Shown here: one piece after another, positions 9,165 through 18,127 of the stretch | Numbering within the stretch: position 1 is the first letter of the stretch | How the letters are laid out: every line of letters begins with the position of its first letter | Assembly (NCBI RefSeq): GCF_006345805.1 | Contig: NW_021824570.1 | Coordinates: forward strand, 1-18,127 | Source of the DNA: Octopus sinensis | Taxonomy: Eukaryota | Direction: 5' to 3' | DNA: 18,127 nt | Program-made: the position numbers and the translations under genes | Notes under the pieces: model-generated | Told to the model about the DNA's origin: nothing | Databases searched by the model: none | What the model saw: only the letters and a program-made list of their open reading frames with translations

Positions 9165-9824
9165 ACTCTTCTGAGCGGTCTCCTTGTTTAAGCTGGTGAA
9201 TGCTGCCATAATCCTTCCCTTCAGTTCATCTTTGATGCTACAAGGAGTTTTGTTGGTCACTCGCTCAACTGCGCCCCACACATGATAATCAAGAGGGTTG
9301 CTATCTGGAGAGCTAGGCAATGAGTTGTTAGGGGTGGGTGATGTGGTCGCAGAAATTGTCTGATAGCCATGGCTGGGTTCCCCTGATGCAGAGTCCTAGA
9401 CATAGGATCTTCCAGTAACCCTCCCTCTTTACTCAGGGCAGTACTACCACCTCCAGGCACTTGATGTAGGCCTCCGTGTTGAGTCTGAGGCCATGTGGGA
9501 AGATGAATGGAGGCATAACGACGCCATCAATAGTGATCACCATGATGTCGACATGATGCTTGATTTTTATCACGGTACATGTCCTAAGATCGACACCCAA
9601 ACACTCTGAAAAGTTCATATTGGAGCTTCCGACGCGAATGCCAAGCAGTACAGCATGTCGTTTACAAATTTCTGGCAAAGTGAATAGCGTCATGATGCTG
9701 TTTCTCTCGGAGACGGTGCCCAACTGGCCCTACTATACTGTGTAGTCGACAAAATCGAAAACAAACAAGGTGCATATGCGAAATAAAAAACCTAGTATGG
9801 CGACAATTTAGCAATCGCACCCTG
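9165..9824 (-). mobile_element. Internally deleted Tc1/mariner transposon, DD37D (maT-like)
   Basis: Terminus TA+CAGGGTGCGATTGCTAAATTGTC at 9826-9802; N-terminal MTLFTLPEICKRHAVLLGIR joined directly to DGVVMPPFIFPHGLRLNTEAYIKCLEVVVLP and SPDSNPLDYHVWGAVERVTNKTPC. The other TIR is absent. Confidence 0.85.
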
Positions 9825-9825
9825 T

Positions 9826-9831
9826 ATACAC

Positions 9832-9874
<43 letters not shown>

Positions 9875-9882
9875 TGTGTATG

Positions 9883-9914
<32 letters not shown>

Positions 9915-9960
9915 TGTATGTATGTATGTATGTATGAATGTATGCATGTATATATATATT
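9826..9960. repeat. (TA)n-(TATG)n compound microsatellite
   Basis: TA run followed by about 14 TATG units. Confidence 0.96.
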
Positions 9961-10271
9961 TTTGGATTTATGCGTATAATAGGATTATTAACAGCCATTT
10001 ACCATTTCACGGTCTGATCCCAACCCATAGTTACATAACTTCATAACATGCCACACTTCCCTCCCGTCCTCAAACCCTCTATCTGCTATTTATGCAGAAA
10101 TTGCATAACTTCCTATTGTTCAAACTCTTTCAGTGTGCATATATGTATGCACCAAGGGGTGTGTGTATGTGTGTGTGCGTGTGTGCATTTTTACTTCTTC
10201 ATGCATGTGTGTGTAAGAAAATATGTGCCTAGATTTATCTGTATGTATTCTTGTCTACTTCTCTCAATCCT

Positions 10272-10440
10272 TTATTCTCTTATTCTTTTATCTGTTTCAG
10301 TTATTTGACAGCAGCCATGCTGGAGCACCGGTTTTAAGTTCGAGCTCAGAACTTATTTTTCCTAAAGCATGGTACTTATTCTATATTTCGCCGAACCGCC
10401 AACACTGGTTGTTAAGCGGCGGGAAGACAAACACAGACGC
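10272..10440 (-). mobile_element. 3' portion of a family A SINE
   Basis: Reverse complement has CCGCTTAACAACC, GCGGTTCGGCG, AGAATAAGTACC and CGGTGCTCCAGCATGGCTGCTGTCAAATAACTGAAACAG, matching the tail at 11148-11190. Confidence 0.8.
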
Positions 10441-10561
10441 AATGACACGCATTCTTAGATACACCCACACACATATATATAATTCAAAATGTGACCGCGT
10501 GTGTACCGTTGGCGATTTTTTTTCCTCTGTCTTCCCTTCTCTGGATCTTTCCTTCACCTAT

Positions 10562-10596
10562 GTTTCCGACGAAGAGCTCCGCTCGAAACGTTAAAC
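10562..10596 (+). ncRNA. Minimal type I hammerhead ribozyme-like motif (PLE pseudo-LTR type), U4C core variant
   Basis: GTTT-[CCGACGA]-A-GAGC-tcc-GCTC-[GAAA]-CG-T-T-AAAC: stem I GTTT/AAAC, stem II GAGC/GCTC, palindromic AACGTT at stem III. Confidence 0.6.
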
Positions 10597-10812
10597 CCGT
10601 TAAGTCTTGTATCTTCATCAGAAGTCTTGTACCATGAAATATACGAAATATTTTCATTTGTCTTACTCATTTTTAAATTTTGGCGTTTTGCTGAAATTTT
10701 TCTTAAGAACACATTCTTCGTGGTAATGGCGATTTGACGTCTATGTTTAGCATATTAGGTGTCCACTTTAGTGGTCATTAATTTTGTTGATATTTATATA
10801 TTTATATATATT

Positions 10813-11215
10813 GGCGCAGGAGTGGCTGTGTGGTAAGTAGTTTGCTTACCAACCACATGGTTCTGGGTTCAGTCCCACTGTTTGGTACCTTGAGCAAATG
10901 TCATCTACTATAACTTCGGGCCGACCAAAGCCTTGTGAGTGGATTTGGTGCACGGAAACTGAAAGAATCCCATCGTGTGTGTGTTTCTTTGTGCCTATGT
11001 TTGTCGCCCTACCATCGCTTGAAAACCGATGTTGGTGTGTTTACGTCCCCGTAAATTAGCGGTTTGGCAAAAAGAGCCGATAGAATAAGTACTTACAAAG
11101 AATAAGTCCTGGCGTTGATTTCTTTCACTAAAAAAAAACCCTTTTAAGGCGGTGCTCCAACATGGCCGCAGTCAAATGCCTAAAACAAATAAAAGAATAA
11201 CTCAGAATAAAAGAA
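10813..11215 (+). mobile_element. tRNA-derived SINE, family A (near full length)
   Basis: GGCGCAGGAGTGGCTGTGTGGTAAG (A box), GGGTTCAGTCCC (B-box-like), CORE-like CCTTGAGCAAATGTC, internal (TG)n, tail AGGCGGTGCTCCAACATGGCCGCAGTC, A-rich AGAATAAA end. Confidence 0.93.
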
Positions 11216-11441
11216 TAAACGAATAGATAACATAAACTCTCATAATAAAGACTTTTATTCGAGTTTTGAATAGAAATTATAATATTATAGAATTCCGTAA
11301 TTGTGTCTTCGGCTCGTCCAAAAAAAAAAACAAACAAAAAAATTAAGTTTAAACGCGATGGATGTGGAGGGGTGTTTAGAGCGGGGAGGAGGGGGAAGAG
11401 GAAGGAGTGGAGGCGGGGGAGGTGGGGAAGAGGAGGGGGAG

Positions 11442-11534
11442 GGTTAGTGTATTCATCGGAATATTTAATATTTTCATTGAATATTCTAGACTTTAGAATA
11501 TTCATTTAAAAGAATTCTAATGAATACATTAACC
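11442..11534. other. 93-nt fold-back hairpin
   Basis: 11442-11462 pairs with 11514-11534 at 20 of 21 positions (2 G-U); inner TGAATATTCTA/TAGAATATTCA is a perfect 11-bp stem with a 5-nt loop. Confidence 0.7.
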
Positions 11535-11536
11535 GG

Positions 11537-11632
11537 AGGCCGCCGCCGCCGCTACCACCGCCACCACCACCGTCACCGCCGCCACCGCCGCCGCCACCGC
11601 TGTCGCAGCCTCCACCACCACCACTACCACCT
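11537..11632. repeat. Imperfect (CCG/CCA)n trinucleotide tract
   Basis: GCC/ACC repeats. Confidence 0.9.
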
Positions 11633-11983
11633 CCTTCCTACCCAAACCTTCCTTTAAAACTTAATTTTTGAATGAGCCAATGAGGATCTTCTACGCAGTT
11701 TCTCGGCTTGCTTGCTAAAGAAAAATGGCAGCTAACCGTCCCTCATAAAAAAAAACTCTTCTTCCGTTCTTTTGTGGCGCTCCATGCTGCTCTATTGCCG
11801 CTGATCCGTCCCTCTTTGGAGAATTCCAGAAAAATCTTCCATCTTTTATGTTATGCTTGGAATGCGACCATGTCGGAGTCATTGCCTTGAAGGACTTGAA
11901 GGACTTTGGTCAAAAACGAATCGATCCCCAGAACTTAATTTTTTTTAATTTTTTTGCAAACCTGATATTTATTCCATCTAATT

Positions 11984-12125
11984 TTTGACGAAAGGGCACC
12001 AATTTTGAAGGAAGTGGAATAGTTGATTACATCGACCCCAGTGATCGACTGGTACTTATCTTATAGACCCCGAAAGGATTAAAGACAAAGTTGAATTCGG
12101 CAGAATTTGAACTCAGAACGTAATG
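11984..12125 (-). mobile_element. Family B SINE, head truncated
   Basis: GTTGATTACATCGACCCCAG...CTGGTACTT...GACCCCGAAAGGAT...GAATTTGAACTCAGAACGTA, colinear with 7463-7564. Confidence 0.87.
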
Positions 12126-12163
12126 GGCCTGATCTCGTCACCTTCACACACGTCCAGTTTATA

Positions 12164-13100
12164 CGAGGCGCTTTCACAAAGTATTCGACTTTATTTTTTC
12201 CCGCCAAAACTAATACCACGTGTGCAAAATCCTTAAGGTAGGAGGTGATGCCACCCCACCTGTGAATGCATGAAAACTTCTGCGCCGGTTGACCGTGTCA
12301 GTTCCCGGTTGTTGTGCCTAGAGTACAGGCGTGTAGTGCGCGCTCGCTGGATTTTCGCTTTCACGTAAGATGACAGAACGCACTAAGCAGAGACATTGCA
12401 TCAAGGTTTGCCAGAAGTTTGGCGATACTTAAGCTCCAACCATCCAAAAGATTTAGCAGACATTTGGCGATTGAGCCATGAGCAAAACTCAGATCAAAGA
12501 GTAGCACAATTACTTCAAACATAGCCGTACTTCAGTGAAGAGGGAAGTACGCTCAGGCAGGTTTTCCAAAAGCCGAAACGAGGAGCTGATTGAGAAGGTT
12601 CGGCGAATAGTCATGGAAGACAATCGTGTAATAATCCAAGAAATTTCTCACGAAGTGGGAATAAGCACAGGATCAGTGCCTTCCATTTTAACGGAGGATT
12701 TGTTCATGTGGAGAGAGTCGGCAAAAAAATTAAGTCGGTTTATCGTTGAATACAAGTTCTTTGAATGCAAGCTCGTAATGTAAGCTCTTTGAGTCGAGAA
12801 CAACACACCACTTGTTCGGCAGTCCCCCTACTCTCCCGGTTTGGCCCTGTGTGACTTCTGGCTCTTCTCCGAACTGGAAGTCACGCTGAAAGGGAAGTGA
12901 ATTGAGTTGCGAGAGGAAATTTTGAAAAAAAAAACGACAGCAGAGCTTGATAGCATTTCAGAGAAGTCGTTCTAGAGGTGTTACCAGCAGTGACAGAACC
13001 CCTGGGAGAAGTGTGTGGAACTCACAAGGAGAGTGTTTTGAAAGTGATTAAACCATTTTTTTTTACGCTTAAAGGTCGGATGCTTTTTCAATGCACTTCG
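12164..13100 (+). mobile_element. Internally deleted, inactive mariner (DD34D-type) with both TIRs
   Basis: TA at 12162-63 and 13101-02; about 29-bp imperfect TIRs (CGAGGCGCTTTCACAAAGTATTCGACTTT vs reverse complement CGAAGTGCATTGAAAAAGCATCCGACCTT); transposase from ATG 12370 (MTERTKQRHCIKVCQKFGD...RSGR...GISTGSVPSILTEDL), deletion of the first catalytic segment, then PYSPGLALCDFWLF; several stops. Confidence 0.93.
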
Positions 13101-13104
13101 TATC

Positions 13105-13320
13105 GGTTACAAAATTTGGCTCAAGGCCAGCAATTTCATGGGAGGTCGTAAGTCGATTACATCGACCCCATACTCAACCTGTACTTATTTTATCGACTCT
13201 GAAAGAATGAAAACCAAAGTCGACCTCGACGGAAATTGAACTCAGAACGTAAAGACGGGCGAAATGCATCTAAGCATTTATTGGCCGACGCGCTAACGAT
13301 TCTGCCAGTTCGTTTCCTTA
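13105..13320 (-). mobile_element. Family B SINE, near full length, diverged
   Basis: Head CTGGCAGAATCGTTAGCGCGTCGGCC, B box GAGTTCAATTTCC, core, GTCGATTACATCGAC hairpin, tail type shared with 7263-7408. Confidence 0.9.
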
Positions 13321-14224
13321 ACAAACATCCGGTATGTATTAAAAAACTCCGACGTGAAATTATAAAACATCATGTATTGAATTAGATTCAAATACATAAA
13401 TATAGTCTGTTTGGGGTTATTTCTTGTTCCTGTGGGTTTCTATTTAGATTTTTACGGTTTTTCGTTGCCTAGTTTTATTTTGGGGTGGAGAGGGGAAACA
13501 AAAATATACTTTAGTTCATAAGAAAAACATAGTATATAACTAATATTTCTGAGTGTGGAAATATCCAGATGTAGATAATTATTTATAATGGAAATATTTC
13601 ATGGCGAAAACGGTGAAGAATTTTTGGGTATAGATATTTATAAACGACGTCGCCATAAATATATGTCTGATTGAAAGTTCTTACAACTAACTTTCACTTG
13701 CAAACTTTTCCTCCGTATTCCGACAGTGAGTGGTGGTGGTGGTCATGGTGGCGGAGGTGCCGTAGACAAATATTTCATTCCAGAAATTTCGAGCAATTCT
13801 GTGAAGATATTTATAGATGTCGACATAAAAATACACTGTCTTTAGTTGACATCTCACATTTGCAAATATCTTACCCCCGTAATTCGGTGACGGGTGGAGG
13901 AAAGAGAGGCGGGTGTTAAAAATACGGGATTGTTTTGTTTTTCTAACACACATGACCCGTCTCGTTCTTTTATTCTCTCTTTTTTTTGTCTTTCGGGGAT
14001 CAGGGAATACATTACCTAATAAGAGTTTTTTTTTAATTTATATATGTTCTTTATTTAAATGACAGAAGTATAGTTTTAGCAAAATTAGACAGTTATTTCT
14101 AGTTTGTCGAATGACCACTACAGACCCCACACGAAGTCCCAAGAATTATATATATATATATATGTACAATCATCCACAACAAGTCACTTTCAAGGCACTT
14201 GACCATTTAACATCCTACTACTAT

Positions 14225-14300
14225 CATAGCACTCCCGCATTCTTTTCTTCTTCTTTTTCTTCTTCTTCTTTTTCTTCTTCTTCTTCTTCTTCTTCTCTGC
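14225..14300. repeat. (TTC)n microsatellite
   Basis: Imperfect TTC run. Confidence 0.9.
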
Positions 14301-14665
14301 CAAGAATTCACAACGACCTCGAACCCACGAGAGTAAACAAGAGAGAGAGAGAGACAGGTAGAAACAAGGAAAATGGCCCTTGTATTTGAACACTATGCAA
14401 ATATTCTTTTAAAAAACTTCTCAATTAATTTTTCTAACATTTAATTGTTTTCCTTACTTACAATTAAAAAAGTCTCAATGACTGAAACCGGTACTGAAAT
14501 GTTTTTTTATAAAATTACTTTAGCATTTCCTACCTTGACTGTTTTTTCCATATATATACCAACTCGCGTGTTCCTTTTCAACCTTCCTACACACACATGT
14601 ACATGTGTGTGTGTGTGTGTGTGTGTGTGCATATATATATATATATATATAAAATTATATATAGG

Positions 14666-14840
14666 TGAAGGCGCGTGGCTTAGTGGTTTGGTATACGGCT
14701 CACGATTGTAGGGTCATGAGTTCAATTCCTGGTGACGACGCGTTGTGTCCTTGACCAAGAAGCGGAGCGGATTTTCCGCTGCTTCTATCCACTTACCTGG
14801 CAAAAATGTGTTGTACCTGTATTTCAAAGGGGCCAGCCTT
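14666..14840 (+). mobile_element. Family C SINE head and core
   Basis: TGAAGGCGCGTGGCTTAGTGGTT, GAGTTCAATTCC, TTGTGTCCTTGACCAAGA, TGTACCTGTATTTCAAAGGGGCCAGCCTTGT; homologous to the reverse complement of 4720-4889. Confidence 0.88.
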
Positions 14841-14952
14841 GTGTATGTGTGTGTGTGCATGTCTGAGTGAGTGTGTGTGTGTGTGTGTGTGCATGTCTGA
14901 GTGAATGTGTGTGTGTGCATGTCTGAGTGAGTGTGTGTGCATGTCTGAGTGA

Positions 14953-14984
<32 letters not shown>

Positions 14985-15005
14985 GTGCATGTCTGAGTGT
15001 GTGTG

Positions 15006-15036
<31 letters not shown>

Positions 15037-15040
15037 TTTC
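14841..15040. repeat. (TG)n array with five GCATGTCTGAGTG units
   Basis: GCATGTCTGAGTG at 14857, 14891, 14917, 14939 and 14987, separated by variable TG runs. Confidence 0.92.
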
Positions 15041-15049
15041 TCCGTGTTT

Positions 15050-15245
15050 CAGTTTATCTCTCACAGTTTTAGGAACGATATCGGTGTGTTAACACCTCTG
15101 TAACCTAGCGATTCGTCAAAAAAAAAGTCCATAAGGTAAGTATCAGAACTAAAGGAAGTTTTAAGGTGATCTAAGCGGCAAAACCCTTCATAGTGGTGCC
15201 CCAGCATGGTCGCTATCAAATGGCTGCGACAAGTGAAAGAGTGAA
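15050..15245 (+). mobile_element. Diverged family A SINE 3' half
   Basis: CGGTGTGTT...GTAACCTAGCGATTCG...TAAGTATC...GTGGTGCCCCAGCATGGTCGC.ATCAAATGGCTG parallels 11030-11190. Confidence 0.7.
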
Positions 15246-15304
15246 GGAAGTATCCATCCAGTAAATGCTATAACTGTCAGGATTCGAACCTGAAGATGCT
15301 AGGA

Positions 15305-15619
15305 TTGCACACAGACACAAACACACACAACATGCACACACACACACATATACACACATATACTTACATATATACGTATATATACACATACAACATGCGC
15401 ACACACAAGCACAAAGAGACATACAAGCTCATGCATACACATATATATATATTCGCATATTTACAAACACAAAGGTACATCTATACTCAGACACACACAA
15501 ACACACGACTAACAGACAGATTGTGATAGAGTAGAATTCATTAAAATATCATGAATGAACACAAAAGACGAAATATTACAAATATTGTATAAATAAGAAA
15601 AGCAGAGTCAGCAACATTA

Positions 15620-15662
<43 letters not shown>

Positions 15663-15989
15663 GCATATATATATAAATACATATACATATATATATACAT
15701 AATACATATATAATACCCATATATATGATACATACATAATATATAGATAATGCATATATATCCTATATATGCATATATGTATGCATATGAACTATACCAT
15801 GTATATATATATGTAATGTATATATATATATGTATTATATATATACCGAATATATAAATACACATACATATATATACATATATATATATTTATATATATA
15901 TATATATTATACATACATATATATACATATATGTATTTATATATACATATATATCTCTAAAATATGTATTTATATATATACATATATAT

Positions 15990-16023
<34 letters not shown>

Positions 16024-16150
16024 TACATTATATACAATATATTATTTATATATATACATATATATATAATAGATATATATATATATATACTATATATGTA
16101 TGTAGCATGTATGCATCAATGTACGGCTAAAGGTATGTATATATGCATTC
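15305..16150. repeat. Large CA/TA/TG low-complexity domain
   Basis: CA-rich 15305-15520, (TG)n 15622-15658, imperfect (TA)n 15660-16100. Confidence 0.93.
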
Positions 16151-16199
16151 TGGTCACTACTACTTAAGTAAGAACAAAAGAGAACAAAGTCATGGAAAA

Positions 16200-16203
16200 T
16201 GTT

Positions 16204-16266
<63 letters not shown>

Positions 16267-16324
16267 AAAAACAACAGCAGGAACAACAGCATTCGCAACG
16301 ACGGTAGTAATAATAATAATAATG

Positions 16325-16381
<57 letters not shown>
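16200..16381. repeat. (GTA)n and (AAT)n microsatellites
   Basis: (GTA) about 21 units at 16204-16266; (AAT)n 16308-16381. Confidence 0.96.
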
Positions 16382-16544
16382 GAGGGGGAGTAGTGATTTT
16401 GCGACTTAAATTTAGATGAATGAAGACTTTTTTTTTTAATTATGAAATAAATTGTCCAATTTAAAGACGGCAACAAAAGCAGTTTAATCTACTTCATTAA
16501 CAGAAATATTTCCGCTTTGCATTTTCCAGCAAATGTATGTTAAA

Positions 16545-16790
16545 CTATATCATATATGCATACATGAATACACACATATATACATACATACATACATACA
16601 TACATACATACATACATACATACATACATACATACATACATACACATATATATACACATATATATATATACACACATACATATATATTCGCGTATATATA
16701 TATTTACATACATATACGTATATGTAGATATATATCTATAAGTGTATATAGAGAATGCACACTCACACACAAGCGCACACACGTACACAC
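16545..16790. repeat. (TACA)n/(TA)n tract
   Basis: About 14 TACA units at 16582-16640, flanked by TA/CA runs. Confidence 0.94.
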
Positions 16791-17184
16791 AGAATTTTAA
16801 AAAGAGTTACCAGTAGTTTCATGTCGTGGAGATACGCCAATTTTGCAGATTTGTATGACATGCCATGTGTCTCCACATGGAATTTACATAACATGTGTTT
16901 CGAAGGAATCCTTCAGGCTCAGGGCATACTTTTGGTCTTATTTGAAAAGATGCTGGTCTATGAGAAACATGAAAAGAAATGAGAAGAAAAAGGAGAAGAA
17001 AGTTGATGTAAAAGAAAAATGAAGCGAGAGGAAAAAGAAGAAAATTTCAAAAATCAAATAAACTTGGATTTGTGTCCCATTTGACTGTAGAAACCATAAT
17101 TAATATATCTGGTGTAGAATAGTATAACAGAGATGAGGCCAAAGTCTGTGAGATAGTTACTCAATCCGAAAAGGGTTGTGTCCT

Positions 17185-17700
17185 CTAGTTCGAAAAGAGA
17201 AATTTGTCCATGTGCTTGCAGTTGCTAAAAATTTCGGAGCTGAAATTAAGTGGTGTAGTAGAATTCTTGGCTCTAAAAAAAGTGCGATATTTCAGCAACA
17301 CATAACTTTCATCTCTTTTATCCGTTTATATATGGCGTAGATTTCTCCATGACTCTCCATTTGATTGTATCTGACGCGCTGTTGGTCTTCTGATTCAATA
17401 TATGATTAGCCAACTGAGTGGCTTTATTTTTATCAATGTGTCAGAAAAAAAGCTGGAGGTTTACATAACGGTTTTTAAAATTGGCTTTGCATAAACCGGC
17501 GTAATTTTTCTCTTCAATAACGTTATCTTGGAATACTGTTGTGACTTTGGTTTCATAAACAACTGAGATTATCAAACACGCCTGATCGAGTGGGCAAGCT
17601 TCAGTTTTTCGACAGTTACAAATGGGAACGGGCTCTTGATGTGACTTGAGAGTGGAATTGTCTTCTACTGTAATCCTGGATCGATCAATACTTTGGAACA
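17185..17700 (-). pseudogene. Degraded PLE C-terminus: Cys linker and GIY-YIG endonuclease
   Basis: CNCRKTEACPLDQACLIISVVYETKVTT...NYAGLCKANFKNRY, then across frameshifts KATQLANHIL...IKWRVMEKSTPY and LNFSSEIFSNCKHMDKFLFSN* (stop 17187-17185). Matches the PLE CNC...CPL..C...VVY...Y.G...FK.R pattern and the C-terminal C(R/K)H..KF motif. Confidence 0.88.
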
Positions 17701-17716
17701 CCGTGGAGCCTCACGT

Positions 17717-17732
17717 GATGTGTATGTGTGTG

Positions 17733-17775
<43 letters not shown>
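17717..17775. repeat. (TG)n microsatellite
   Basis: About 25 TG units. Confidence 0.95.
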
Positions 17776-17776
<1 letters not shown>

Positions 17777-17950
17777 TACGCGTTTATTCATTGCACAGCG
17801 ACTAGGATGAGGCAACATGTTGAAGATTTTAGTCGTGCAAATTGCTACCAGTTATGAACTCCTTCTGTCGGTCTTTTTTGTGCCAAACCGCTAAGTTATG
17901 AAGCGTAAAAAAAACCGTGTGTGTATGTATTAAAGTTATATACAATATGT

Positions 17951-18089
17951 AGCTGTGGGGTTTCCAACCACATGGTTCTGGGTTCAGTCCCACTGCGTGG
18001 CACCTTGGGCAAGTGTCTTCTACTATAGCCACGAGCCGACGAAAGCATTGTGAGTGGACTTGGCAGAAGGAAACTGAAAGAAGCCCGTC

Positions 18090-18091
<2 letters not shown>
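17951..18091 (+). mobile_element. Family A SINE 5' half running into (TA)n at the window edge
   Basis: CCAACCACATGGTTCTGGGTTCAGTCCCACTGCGTGGCACCTTGGGCAAGTGTCTTCTACTATAGCC...GGAAACTGAAAGAAGCCCGTCG, then (TA)n to 18127. Confidence 0.92.

Positions 18092-18127
<36 letters not shown>

Noticed and set aside
11708-11890. 60-aa ORF MLAKEKWQ... in unique sequence
   Set aside because: Non-ATG start, no recognisable motif, no convincing splice sites.
7263-13320. All four family B SINEs lie on the minus strand
   Set aside because: Too few copies; four in the same orientation occurs by chance one time in eight.
14714-16800. Many 65-128-aa ORFs
   Set aside because: All dominated by dinucleotide, trinucleotide or tetranucleotide repeats.

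Overview
AT-rich, microsatellite-dense eukaryotic DNA that looks intronic or intergenic. The SINE families and repeat density resemble an octopus (coleoid cephalopod) genome; this is from recalled repeat consensuses, not a database search. No intact protein-coding gene, rRNA, genuine tRNA or CRISPR array is supportable, and most ORFs in the track are translations of simple repeats. The real content is decayed mobile DNA: a Helitron 3' end; a tandem Helentron/HINE-type element; two Penelope-like retroelement fragments (RT near 250-660, GIY-YIG near 17185-17700); an RLE-type (R4/Dong-like) LINE fragment; an internally deleted mariner with both TIRs and TA duplication; a deleted DD37D/maT-like transposon; and about a dozen tRNA-derived SINE pieces from four module-sharing families. 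The most interesting leftovers are a minimal hammerhead-ribozyme motif with a U4C core (10562-10596), an unexplained 93-nt fold-back between G-rich and C-rich tracts (11442-11534), module-swapped SINE chimeras, hairpins at rearrangement breakpoints, and a few candidate small exons.
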